Part shown: piece after piece, positions 34,623 to 42,800 of the stretch
Layout of the letters: the number at the start of each line of letters is the position of its first letter
How positions within the stretch are numbered: the stretch's first letter is position 1
From: Escherichia phage dhaeg
Strand: one strand, 5' to 3'
Length of the DNA: 64,000 nt
Sequence record: MN850609.1
Position numbers and translations under genes: made by a program
Notes under the pieces: model-generated
Database searches by the model: none
The model's input: only the letters and a program-made list of their open reading frames with translations
Told to the model about the DNA's origin: nothing

Positions 34623-35177
34623 ATGAGTTTATATGATAACCTTATATCAAATATTGATTGGTTTAAAAATAGTGGTCTTTCCCATGAAACCAATTCAGTT
34701 CTTTATAGAATTCGCCAAGACCTAGGCTATTCAAACGATTTCTTAAGCAGAACATCTAGCCGTGGCGATACTACCAAATTACCTTTTATTTTTGCTTTAG
34801 CTGAAGACCTTTCTTTTGAAGATGCTTTGGAAATTATTGACGTAAATCTGGCTATTCAACGAGTGGAATTCGCTGGACTACGTTATTCAGTATATTCTTT
34901 AAATGAGAGCAATGATTGCGTGCTTCTTAATATGGCAGACGATGATTACCATTTAGTATGCTATGTGGCTTTAGAAAATGGTGATGTATTTGGAATGGTC
35001 GACCGCCGCCCAACTTATACTGATATTAAAAATTATGATAAAGATGAGCTTCTTGATTTGGCGGCTGAGTACACATTAGAGAGTCGTAAACGGAAACGTA
35101 AGCTTAATCGTTTTATTGCTGAATGTCGTGAATATGCTAAAGGGGTTCAAAATGCGAACGTTATATCTGCCAAGTAA
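34623..35177 (+). CDS. hypothetical protein with C-terminal K-x-N-x-L-x-x-F-I-x-E-C-R module
   Basis: 184 aa; ends ...KRKLNRFIAECREYAKG... Confidence 0.5.
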   Translation: MSLYDNLISNIDWFKNSGLSHETNSVLYRIRQDLGYSNDFLSRTSSRGDTTKLPFIFALAEDLSFEDALEIIDVNLAIQRVEFAGLRYSVYSLNESNDCVLLNMADDDYHLVCYVALENGDVFGMVDRRPTYTDIKNYDKDELLDLAAEYTLESRKRKRKLNRFIAECREYAKGVQNANVISAK

Positions 35178-35511
35178 ACCAGAAAAATTTGTATACGCAG
35201 ACAAGATTGATAAAGACCTTATGCCTCCATTTGGGGCTCTGTCCATGTGCATCGTTGGAATTATAATGATGGTTGTTTGTGGAGATATGAATATCATCAG
35301 TGTTGGAGTCGCCTGGACGCTAGTAATTACAGCTCCTTTTATTACAGTCCTGTGTATGGTATTGATAAATGTGTGGCATCAAAATCATATGAATAAAGGA
35401 TATCGTGGGCGAGTTAAAGAGTGGGAACAAAAATGTGTTTCCCTACAAGAAGAGCACAAAATTAAATGTGCCGAAGAATTTATTAAGGAGGTTCGTAATG
35501 GAACGGCCTAA
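35152..35511 (+). CDS. membrane protein with C-terminal F-I-K-E tail
   Basis: Start at ATG 35152 after AAGGGG; two hydrophobic helices; ends ...EEFIKEVRNGTA. Confidence 0.45.
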   Translation: MRTLYLPSKPEKFVYADKIDKDLMPPFGALSMCIVGIIMMVVCGDMNIISVGVAWTLVITAPFITVLCMVLINVWHQNHMNKGYRGRVKEWEQKCVSLQEEHKIKCAEEFIKEVRNGTA

Positions 35512-35851
35512 TCTTGCATCACATGTTTATCAATTGGCTGAATATGATATTGGTGCCAATTTATTATTAGGGATTGCCACCGGTATGCTTGGCGGCTTGG
35601 TTGGTCTGGTAATGACCACGGTTATGGCTGCAATCGAGGGAGTCATGCCCATTGAGATGGGTTTCTATATGATAATCGCTCCGGCTGTCGTGGCTTATTT
35701 TATCCCTCTAGTGTATGATATTTGCCATACAAATGCTTTGAATGCTCCCATCCGTAAGAGATATGCTTTAGAGATGGCTAATTATAATGAGTATGTAAAA
35801 CAAACCAAACGTAATGACCTTGAAACCTTTATTAAGGAATGTAAATCATGA
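35499..35851 (+). CDS. membrane protein with C-terminal F-I-K-E-C tail
   Basis: Start at ATG 35499 after AAGGAGG; hydrophobic helices; ends ...RNDLETFIKECKS. Confidence 0.45.
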
Positions 35852-36138
35852 ATAAAATTGAAATTGAAATCCCTGAATACAACGACGAGAAATCTGCAGA
35901 AAAAGCTATCTATGCTCTTCTGAATAAAGTAGATATCATCGAATCCAAATGTGAAGCTATTGCCGATAAGTACGGTATTCAATTCGGAACAGGTGATTAT
36001 GGCTCAGGACGTACATACTATCCGGTCGGTTATGAATGCTCCCAGTGGTTTAAAGATGAAATTGAAAACAATGGCGGTGAAGTTGAAAATGGCGTCGTTA
36101 CAGTTGGTGCCTGGGTCTCCTCTTCGGCAATGTGCTAA
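35848..36138 (+). CDS. small protein, paralog 1 of tandem family with C-terminal WVSSSxxC tail
   Basis: 96 aa; ends ...GAWVSSSAMC; ATG overlaps upstream stop. Confidence 0.6.
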   Translation: MNKIEIEIPEYNDEKSAEKAIYALLNKVDIIESKCEAIADKYGIQFGTGDYGSGRTYYPVGYECSQWFKDEIENNGGEVENGVVTVGAWVSSSAMC

Positions 36139-36147
36139 GGAAAAGCT

Positions 36148-36429
36148 ATGATGAATGATAATCATAACCATCCAGAGCTTCTGGCCGCAGTAAAAGAAAT
36201 TCATGAAGCTATTCGTCGTGCCGAGGAAATTGCAGATAAATATGAGACTCATTTTAATATATACCCTGCTCGCGGTATGGGCGGTGACTATTATTCTCCT
36301 GGCGCCTTGAAAGCTGACCTTGCCCATTGGGAAGAAGATGGTCATCCTGAATGGGCTATTGTTAATACTCATGACTATACAACTGACCTCGCAACTGGCG
36401 GTTGGGTGTCCTCTTCTTCTGAATGTTAA
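36148..36429 (+). CDS. small protein, paralog 2 of tandem family with C-terminal WVSSSxxC tail
   Basis: 93 aa; ends ...GGWVSSSSEC; AAGGAAA RBS. Confidence 0.6.
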   Translation: MMNDNHNHPELLAAVKEIHEAIRRAEEIADKYETHFNIYPARGMGGDYYSPGALKADLAHWEEDGHPEWAIVNTHDYTTDLATGGWVSSSSEC

Positions 36430-36438
36430 GGAAATATT

Positions 36439-36636
36439 ATGTCTCGTGAATTAGATTGTGCAATCCGAACTGCCGCGGCGGCAATTGAAAACGTTATTCA
36501 AATTTGTAAAGAAGAACGCGAAGAAGCTGATATCTATATTGATGGTGCTCGTGACTTAGAACGACATATAACGCTTTATAACGGTTGTATTACTATTAGT
36601 GGTACCTCTTGGGTGTCCTCTTCTTACGAATGCTAA
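36439..36636 (+). CDS. small protein, paralog 3 of tandem family with C-terminal WVSSSxxC tail
   Basis: 65 aa; ends ...TSWVSSSYEC; AAGGAAA RBS. Confidence 0.6.
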   Translation: MSRELDCAIRTAAAAIENVIQICKEEREEADIYIDGARDLERHITLYNGCITISGTSWVSSSYEC

Positions 36637-36645
36637 GGTAATAAA

Positions 36646-36858
36646 ATGACTATTGATGAAATTGAAAAACAAATCCGTGAATTAGTACGTAAAGGCCAGT
36701 CCGTGGCTGATGAAACAGGTGAAGAATTTTATGTTTCTGGACGCGGTCAATACATTTCTCCAAAGAATCCAGAATATGATGATTACGAATGGGTCCGTGA
36801 TGACTACGGTATCCCAGAAGGTGAAGGTTTCTGGTTTAGCTCCTCTATGTCTTGCTAA
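36646..36858 (+). CDS. small protein, paralog 4 of tandem family with C-terminal WFSSSxxC tail
   Basis: 70 aa; ends ...GFWFSSSMSC; AAGG RBS. Confidence 0.6.
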   Translation: MTIDEIEKQIRELVRKGQSVADETGEEFYVSGRGQYISPKNPEYDDYEWVRDDYGIPEGEGFWFSSSMSC

Positions 36859-36868
36859 GGAATAAAAA

Positions 36869-37093
36869 ATGTCTAATATTAATGAATTGGAAAAAGCAGC
36901 TCTTGAACTGGCTGCGCTGTATAAGAAAGTAAAAGATATGGCTTCTGCCCAGGATTTTGGTGTTGAGCTAGATGATTACGACGGTGAAGTTCGTCTTGAA
37001 GATTGGCTGAATAGCTCTTGTTATGGTGAAGAAGCTGGTCGTACCTTCGTTGCTCGCTCCGATGGTAAAATCTGGTACCCGAGCTCATGCTAA
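36869..37093 (+). CDS. small protein, paralog 5 of tandem family (degenerate W-Y-P-S-S-C tail)
   Basis: 74 aa; ends ...GKIWYPSSC; AAGGAA RBS. Confidence 0.55.
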   Translation: MSNINELEKAALELAALYKKVKDMASAQDFGVELDDYDGEVRLEDWLNSSCYGEEAGRTFVARSDGKIWYPSSC

Positions 37094-37314
37094 AATTAAA
37101 GAAAAGATACATTCGTAAAATAAATGGTCTTCGCGATTATGCCAAAGGTTGGCCGTTAAGTATTATTATGGCTGATAGACACCCACGTTATAATACCGAG
37201 TTGACCTATTATAAAAAGTATGATTCATATTGTCGGTCTAAAGCCGGTCGTTTAGATGGTTCTTATGAAGAATACTTTGGTAAAAAACCTACTCGTATTT
37301 CGTTAGGAAAATAA
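37087..37314 (+). CDS. hypothetical basic protein
   Basis: 75 aa, Lys/Arg/Tyr-rich; overlaps upstream stop. Confidence 0.45.
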   Translation: MLKLKKRYIRKINGLRDYAKGWPLSIIMADRHPRYNTELTYYKKYDSYCRSKAGRLDGSYEEYFGKKPTRISLGK

Positions 37315-37344
37315 TTTAGCCACACGGATGTGGTAGGAGGACTT

Positions 37345-37674
37345 ATGCACAAAGATTCAGTATTCAAATATCTTTTGAAAACAGATAAAGAATTCTATAT
37401 GAATGGGCAAGCTTTCTTGTTCGTCCGTGGTAAACGTGAGATGTTTTATAAATGCGACCTCTCAATGCACCATCATATGTATCATACCCACGGCGAGCCT
37501 ATACTAGGGTTCTCTGGTGACGAGACTAGACACATAGCTATGTACTATGACCATTTTAAGCTCAATGATTGTGGTGACAACGCTTTGGTCTGGAACCCAT
37601 CTTGGAGACGTTGGGATACAGTAGACAGCGATAAATTATTTTTAGAATATTGCAGAAGTGATGTACAACTCTAA
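37345..37674 (+). CDS. hypothetical His-rich protein
   Basis: 109 aa; ATG after TAGGAGGA RBS (ORF-track start 37330 is GTG); His cluster HHHMYHTHG. Confidence 0.5.
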   Translation: MHKDSVFKYLLKTDKEFYMNGQAFLFVRGKREMFYKCDLSMHHHMYHTHGEPILGFSGDETRHIAMYYDHFKLNDCGDNALVWNPSWRRWDTVDSDKLFLEYCRSDVQL

Positions 37675-37718
37675 AAACTTGTGTTACTATTACCTTACAC
37701 AAACATGAGGGGAACATT

Positions 37719-37958
37719 ATGTGGTATTATTCTCCACTGTCTGATAAGTCTGATGAGCCGGTACGCATTAGTCGTGCCAAGTTTAAAAAGATTTATGGCT
37801 TTGCCTATAAGAAGTCTGATTACGGTGTTCGTTTTGAAGATGCCCACTGTATCAACGACCCTTATGCAGAAGAAATCTCTAATGAGATAATTCCTATCAT
37901 TAAGAATAATTCTGATGATATGTGGGAATTGCATAACGATTACGTTGCTGAAATTTAA
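37719..37958 (+). CDS. hypothetical protein
   Basis: 79 aa ORF, GAGGGGAA RBS. Confidence 0.5.
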   Translation: MWYYSPLSDKSDEPVRISRAKFKKIYGFAYKKSDYGVRFEDAHCINDPYAEEISNEIIPIIKNNSDDMWELHNDYVAEI

Positions 37959-37979
37959 GTTTACTCTGAGGAAAATATT

Positions 37980-38147
37980 ATGTATAATGTTCTTATTGTT
38001 TTTGTTACTCACCCACAAGGTGGCGTAAGGCAGAATACTTCCCAAGTGGTCCAATTTTCTTCACTAGAGGCTGCTAATCTAGCCGCAACGCGTATTGAAG
38101 CAAAAAAATCTGAACTGGGTAAATATGAAGTAACTCGTCTTTATTAA
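37980..38147 (+). CDS. hypothetical small protein (55 aa)
   Basis: ORF below the 60-aa track cutoff; GAGGAAAATATT RBS; fills an otherwise empty gap. Confidence 0.4.
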   Translation: MYNVLIVFVTHPQGGVRQNTSQVVQFSSLEAANLAATRIEAKKSELGKYEVTRLY

Positions 38148-38160
38148 TGAGGAAAATATT

Positions 38161-39120
38161 ATGATGCTAGTTATTGGTTCTCGTGCACTGCACCACGCTG
38201 GTCTGATTGAAAGTAAGTATATCGAAAATTCTGATTGGGATTTTATTGCCGACCAGGGGTCATGGAATAATTTTAAAGCACAGATGTTTGGCGCCCATGT
38301 ACACGTAGACAACCCTGACGTCCAGGCTTTTAAATGCATGCACAACGGTAAAGAAACCTATTTTGAAGCTTATATCGTCCGCGCCTTGACTAACGTACGT
38401 GAAATTACCGGCGAACTCCAAGATGAGGATTTCACCTCAAGCTACCGCCTTCTGAATTATGCTAAAACACATATTAAGAAAGATCGGATGACGGGTTTCT
38501 ATTGGGCCACGCCTGATATCTGTCTGGCCATCAAAATGAGCCATCGTTATTTGAAGAACAACCCTTTCTTTTTGAAGACGATGTCCCACATCAAATACCT
38601 TCGTAATAAAGGTGTAACCTTGAATGAAGAGCTCCAAGAAATCATGCTGCAACGTCAGAAAGAAACGTTGAGCTATTCTCATCCTAAATTAGATGTAAAC
38701 AAATCATCGTTCTTTAATGATACCATCTATACATTAGACCACGACTCTATTCATGAAGCTGTGGCATTAGCCGGACGCCCAGCGTATACCTTTTATATGA
38801 AAGATGGTTCTGAAGTCATGACCTCTCGTGAGAAGTTTGAAGCTTTGCCTGAAGCTATTAAACTGGCAGGGGTTTATGAAGAAGCATGTGTACTTGCTCT
38901 AGAGCGTTCGCAGGTTCCTAATGACTTTAATATCCCAGCAGCCACAAGTTTCTATATGGCTCTTGAGAAAGTGTGCACCTCAATCACTTCAGGTTGGTTC
39001 CGTGAGTATGCCTGGGAAAACTACCAAGCTGTAGTGAATATGTATAGGACCCTAGGTGAAAGTGACTACATCAACCGGTTTAAGCGTAATCAACATTTAA
39101 TTCGTCCTTTCGAAAAATAA
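38161..39120 (+). CDS. nucleotidyltransferase-fold protein (Pol-beta superfamily-like)
   Basis: 319 aa; N-terminal h-G-S-x(n)-D-x-D pattern (IGSRALHHAGL...SDWDF) typical of minimal nucleotidyltransferases; helical C-terminal domain. Confidence 0.55.
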   Translation: MMLVIGSRALHHAGLIESKYIENSDWDFIADQGSWNNFKAQMFGAHVHVDNPDVQAFKCMHNGKETYFEAYIVRALTNVREITGELQDEDFTSSYRLLNYAKTHIKKDRMTGFYWATPDICLAIKMSHRYLKNNPFFLKTMSHIKYLRNKGVTLNEELQEIMLQRQKETLSYSHPKLDVNKSSFFNDTIYTLDHDSIHEAVALAGRPAYTFYMKDGSEVMTSREKFEALPEAIKLAGVYEEACVLALERSQVPNDFNIPAATSFYMALEKVCTSITSGWFREYAWENYQAVVNMYRTLGESDYINRFKRNQHLIRPFEK

Positions 39121-39132
39121 TTGCATAAAACA

Positions 39133-39166
39133 GTGTACAAGGTCTATAGGTGTGATACTATAGACC
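39133..39166 (+). promoter_or_regulatory. early promoter cassette with promoter-spanning stem
   Basis: TGTACA-16-TACTAT; inverted repeat GGTCTATAG...CTATAGACC spans the -10. Confidence 0.5.
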
Positions 39167-39198
39167 TATCAAAACAACAGAGTGAAATGGAGAATAAA

Positions 39199-39411
39199 AT
39201 GAAACTTTCTAACCAAGCAATCAACATGTTAAACGAAGTTCGTGCAGCTGGTGCTAAATGTCTGATGGTTAACACTCGTGACGGTGACCTTCGTCAAGCA
39301 TTTGGTGAATTGAAATCTGCTGACCTGGTTAAATGTTCGGTTGGTATCGGTAATGCACTTCGTGTATCCTTATCCCCTAAAGGTAAAATGTACTTTTTCA
39401 ACAAAAAGTAA
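39199..39411 (+). CDS. hypothetical protein
   Basis: 70 aa; ATG after conserved ggagaataaa RBS. Confidence 0.5.
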   Translation: MKLSNQAINMLNEVRAAGAKCLMVNTRDGDLRQAFGELKSADLVKCSVGIGNALRVSLSPKGKMYFFNKK

Positions 39412-39440
39412 TATACATTCTCGTAAGATATGTTATTATA
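39411..39440 (+). promoter_or_regulatory. possible early promoter (weak -35)
   Basis: TATTAT -10-like hexamer followed by conserved agacctatcaaaacaaatgagtga leader shared with other cassettes. Confidence 0.4.
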
Positions 39441-39476
39441 GACCTATCAAAACAAATGAGTGAATTGGAGAATAAA

Positions 39477-39707
39477 ATGAAAGCCATCATGAGTGTTTTA
39501 GCCCTGAGCTTGGTTGCTTTAGCTGCAGTTCCTTTTATTGTTGATGTTGGAGACGAAACACAAGTTGAATCCTCAATCGTTGTCAGTAAAGATGGTACAT
39601 CGGTTAAGATCGGTAATAATCTCCATATGAATCCTAATGGTACTTTAGGTGTTCAGCTCGGTAACACATGTGTAAGCACAACTGGTAAAGTTAATACTTG
39701 CTTCTGA
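39477..39707 (+). CDS. small secreted protein (signal peptide)
   Basis: 76 aa; N-terminal MKAIMSVLALSLVALAAVPF hydrophobic signal-like segment. Confidence 0.5.
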   Translation: MKAIMSVLALSLVALAAVPFIVDVGDETQVESSIVVSKDGTSVKIGNNLHMNPNGTLGVQLGNTCVSTTGKVNTCF

Positions 39708-39717
39708 GGAAAATATT

Positions 39718-40404
39718 ATGAACAGCCCAAAAACTTTTAATTCTCAAGCTCGTGCAGTAGGCGGTTTCGCTGGTAAAATTTCTAACGATAAAATCAAAAA
39801 CGAAACTATGTTCTTCAACAGCTCATTGGCTTTCGCTTTTGATAATGGTGGCCCTATTACTCGTAGCTTTATAATGAGTCTGCCGGATGATTGGAACACC
39901 GACCAGGTTGTATTTGATTCTCGGGTTCATATGCTGATGCCTGGTTGGTATCCTGCTATCCCAGGTTATCACCATGATGATGTACCACGCCCGGATATTC
40001 CGGTTGGTCAACACTTTATTACTGCAGGGCAACCTGATTATGATAACCCTCGATACCATTCTGAACATATTCTTGGTCTTGTTAACGCTGATGTGTGTCC
40101 TACTTATTTTGCAACCGGAACTGCACAATTTAGCCAGATTCCTGATGGCGAACTTATCTATCGCCAGTGGCATAAAGAAGTTCTGGAAAAAATTGAGTCT
40201 AATGAATTAACCAAGTGGGATGCTCCTGACCGTACATTGCTCCAGTTTGATTGGCAGACATGGCATACAGGTTCCCGTGCAGTAAGTAACGGATGGCGCT
40301 GGTTTGGTCGTGTGTCTCGTAATACCGACCGTGTTAAAAAGATTACAAATGAAATCCGCGTTAATGCTCAAGTATATCTGGAATTCCCTATGGAGGGCTG
40401 GTAA
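39718..40404 (+). CDS. hypothetical protein
   Basis: 228 aa ORF, GAGGAAAATATT RBS. Confidence 0.55.
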   Translation: MNSPKTFNSQARAVGGFAGKISNDKIKNETMFFNSSLAFAFDNGGPITRSFIMSLPDDWNTDQVVFDSRVHMLMPGWYPAIPGYHHDDVPRPDIPVGQHFITAGQPDYDNPRYHSEHILGLVNADVCPTYFATGTAQFSQIPDGELIYRQWHKEVLEKIESNELTKWDAPDRTLLQFDWQTWHTGSRAVSNGWRWFGRVSRNTDRVKKITNEIRVNAQVYLEFPMEGW

Positions 40405-40991
40405 TGGCCCTTTATGAACCTGGTTGCATGGGTGTTGATGTAAACTTCATCCGTCGGTCTGAAAATGCCGGAATCATTATCCCAAATGGTGAGAATATGA
40501 TTATTAAAAAGTCCTGGCGAAATATTGATGATGCTGATGAAGGAATTTCAGCCAGTACAGTAGATTGGTCAGGATGTACTGCTGAAATGAAACAACTTTT
40601 AATTGAGGAATATAAAATGGGCTATATCGTAAATGGTTGGCAACCGGAACCCCATAAAGAACAGACGCCAGACCCATTGATTTGTTATAGCAAAAAATAC
40701 GGCTTCCGTACATGGAGTGATGAATACGACAAATTGGTGAGTTCTAGGTTCTATGTTTGGATGGGGATATTATTTTTCCCACTCCTAGGGTTTTTCCTGA
40801 CAACGGATAATGACCTGCCTATTACGCTATTTGCTTCAGCGATGTCTGCGGCTATCTTAGGACTTATCGCATCATTTTTATGGACTGCAGTTATTGAAGT
40901 ACCTTTTCGTATTTCTAAAGTTAAAAAGGTATATGACGATATCACTAAGAAAAATACATTAAACTCTTTTATTGAGGAATGCCGTAAATGA
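40404..40991 (+). CDS. membrane protein with C-terminal F-I-E-E-C-R-K tail
   Basis: 195 aa; two hydrophobic helices near C-terminus; ends ...KKNTLNSFIEECRK. Confidence 0.55.
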   Translation: MALYEPGCMGVDVNFIRRSENAGIIIPNGENMIIKKSWRNIDDADEGISASTVDWSGCTAEMKQLLIEEYKMGYIVNGWQPEPHKEQTPDPLICYSKKYGFRTWSDEYDKLVSSRFYVWMGILFFPLLGFFLTTDNDLPITLFASAMSAAILGLIASFLWTAVIEVPFRISKVKKVYDDITKKNTLNSFIEECRK

Positions 40992-41224
40992 GTATTGCGA
41001 TTTATATTAAATCTGAGTCATGCGATTCTTATCTGTATTCCTATGACACTGGAACATCAGAAGAGAAAATCAAAGAAGATTTAGAAAGCGACTTGGATAT
41101 GTTCCGACCTATTTCTGATTATATGGTCCAAATATCTGATAGTGAAAGTCCGTCATTAGAAAATAGACTTGAAATTTTAATGAGCGACATTTTTAACCAA
41201 TCATGGAAACGAGACGATGAGTAA
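40988..41224 (+). CDS. hypothetical acidic protein
   Basis: 78 aa; ATGA overlap with upstream gene. Confidence 0.5.
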   Translation: MSIAIYIKSESCDSYLYSYDTGTSEEKIKEDLESDLDMFRPISDYMVQISDSESPSLENRLEILMSDIFNQSWKRDDE

Positions 41225-41666
41225 AAAAGTTAAAGAACTATCCGCCGGTATTTTGTTTATGACCGCCGATAAAGAATTGGTTATGGGTCGTGTAACAGGT
41301 TCTCGTAATCCAGAGAATATGCGTCATAAATGGGACATCCCTAAAGGTCATGTCGAACCGGGTGAAGAGCCTATTCAAGCAGCAATGCGTGAAACTGAAG
41401 AAGAGATTGGATTCACTGCATACGATCCTGCGTTCCTGAAAGACCTAGGTGAGTTCAAATATTCTAGCAATAAGAATCTACACCTGTTCTTATATACTGT
41501 GCCTGTCGAACACGAGCAGTTCAAGAATTGCAAATGTACAGCTTACCACACGTTCCCTGATGGTCGTACGATTCCTGAATTTGATGCCTTCGCCTTGATT
41601 AAACGCCCGCAATGGGAATACGTCATGGGCCCGTCGATGTTTAAGGTTTTAGATTCGCTCTTTTGA
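41217..41666 (+). CDS. nudE: Nudix hydrolase
   Basis: 149 aa; Nudix box GHVEPGEEPIQAAMRETEEEIG; position immediately upstream of e as in T4. Confidence 0.85.
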   Translation: MSKKVKELSAGILFMTADKELVMGRVTGSRNPENMRHKWDIPKGHVEPGEEPIQAAMRETEEEIGFTAYDPAFLKDLGEFKYSSNKNLHLFLYTVPVEHEQFKNCKCTAYHTFPDGRTIPEFDAFALIKRPQWEYVMGPSMFKVLDSLF

Positions 41667-41674
41667 TATAAATA
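41667..41674 (+). promoter_or_regulatory. late promoter (TATAAATA) for gene e
   Basis: Exact TATAAATA 22 nt upstream of e ATG, overlapping the 5' arm of an RBS-sequestering hairpin. Confidence 0.7.
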
Positions 41675-41694
41675 CCTCCTATAATCAGGAGGTA
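41673..41694 (+). promoter_or_regulatory. RBS-sequestering hairpin in the e leader
   Basis: TACCTCCT-ataatc-AGGAGGTA; 3' arm is the Shine-Dalgarno for e. Confidence 0.7.
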
Positions 41695-41696
41695 TT

Positions 41697-42185
41697 ATGG
41701 ATATTTTTGATATGTTACGTCAAGACGAAGGTCTTGATTTAAATCTTTATAAAGACACCGAAGGTTATTGGACTATTGGTATAGGCCAATTGATTACTAA
41801 GAACCCATCTAAAGATGTTGCTCGCGCTGAACTTGATAAGCTTATGGGTCGAGTTTGTAATGGTCGTATTACTATGGCTGAAGCCGAACAACTCTTTAAT
41901 CGTTCAGTAGAAAATGCCCGTAGAGCTATAACGCGCAATCCTAAATTGAAACCGGTTTATGATGTGCTAGACGAAGTTCGTCGTTGCGCATTGATTAATA
42001 TGGTCTTCCAAATGGGTGAAGCTGGTGTAGCGGGATTTACCAACTCTCTGCGTATGCTCCAACAAAAACGTTGGGATGACGCCGCAGTTAACCTGGCGCA
42101 GTCTCGTTGGTACAAGCAAACCCCTAATCGTGCCAAGCGTGTTATCGCCACCTTTAAAACAGGTACTTGGGCCGCTTATAGATAA
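41697..42185 (+). CDS. e: endolysin (T4 lysozyme)
   Basis: 162 aa; ...[26 protein letters not shown] ... [52 protein letters not shown] matches recalled T4 lysozyme. Confidence 0.95.
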   Translation: MDIFDMLRQDEGLDLNLYKDTEGYWTIGIGQLITKNPSKDVARAELDKLMGRVCNGRITMAEAEQLFNRSVENARRAITRNPKLKPVYDVLDEVRRCALINMVFQMGEAGVAGFTNSLRMLQQKRWDDAAVNLAQSRWYKQTPNRAKRVIATFKTGTWAAYR

Positions 42186-42190
42186 AAGCA

Positions 42191-42219
42191 GTTTACATCT
42201 CCGGTAGGCATGATACTAT
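42191..42219 (+). promoter_or_regulatory. early promoter cassette for denV
   Basis: GTTTACA-16-TACTAT plus gacctatcaactacaggagatta leader; near-identical copy at 44321. Confidence 0.6.
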
Positions 42220-42245
42220 AGACCTATCAACTACAGGAGATTAAA

Positions 42246-42662
42246 ATGACTCGTATCAACCTTACCTTAGTATCTGAATTGGCTGACCAACACTTAATGG
42301 CTGAATATCGTGAATTGCCACGTGTTTTCGGTGCAGTTCGAAAGCATGTTGCTAACGGTAAACGTGTTCGTGATTTTAAAATCAGCCCTACTTTTATCCT
42401 TGGTACAGGCCATGTCACATTCTTTTATGATAAGCTTGAATTTTTACGTAAGCGTCAAATCGAGCTTATAGCCGAATGTTTAAAACGTGGCTTTAATATC
42501 AAGGATACTACGGTCCAGGACATTAGTGATATTCCTCAGGAATTCCGTGGTGATTATGTTCTTCACGAAGCTTCTATCGCTATTTCACAAGCCCGTTTGG
42601 ATGAAAAAATTGCACAACGTCCTACCTGGTACAAACATTATGGTAAGGCGATTTATGCATAA
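42246..42662 (+). CDS. denV: endonuclease V (pyrimidine dimer DNA glycosylase)
   Basis: 138 aa; almost identical to recalled T4 DenV ([50 protein letters not shown]...). Confidence 0.97.
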   Translation: MTRINLTLVSELADQHLMAEYRELPRVFGAVRKHVANGKRVRDFKISPTFILGTGHVTFFYDKLEFLRKRQIELIAECLKRGFNIKDTTVQDISDIPQEFRGDYVLHEASIAISQARLDEKIAQRPTWYKHYGKAIYA

Positions 42663-42800
42663 GGGAGCAACCTGGACCTCACAATTCTGTGAGGGACTCC
42701 CGCCAACCTGTAATAAGGTCGAGCCCAAGTGCGGTAATGGGTAAATGCAGAAAGGGACGAATTAATGTGCCAAGGAACGGCCCACAACTAAGAGACAACT

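Noticed and set aside
42487-42744. 85-aa ORF overlapping the denV 3' end and running through the structured intergenic segment
   Set aside because: Out-of-frame overlap with the near-identical-to-T4 denV, no RBS, and the region folds into strong hairpins; more likely non-coding.
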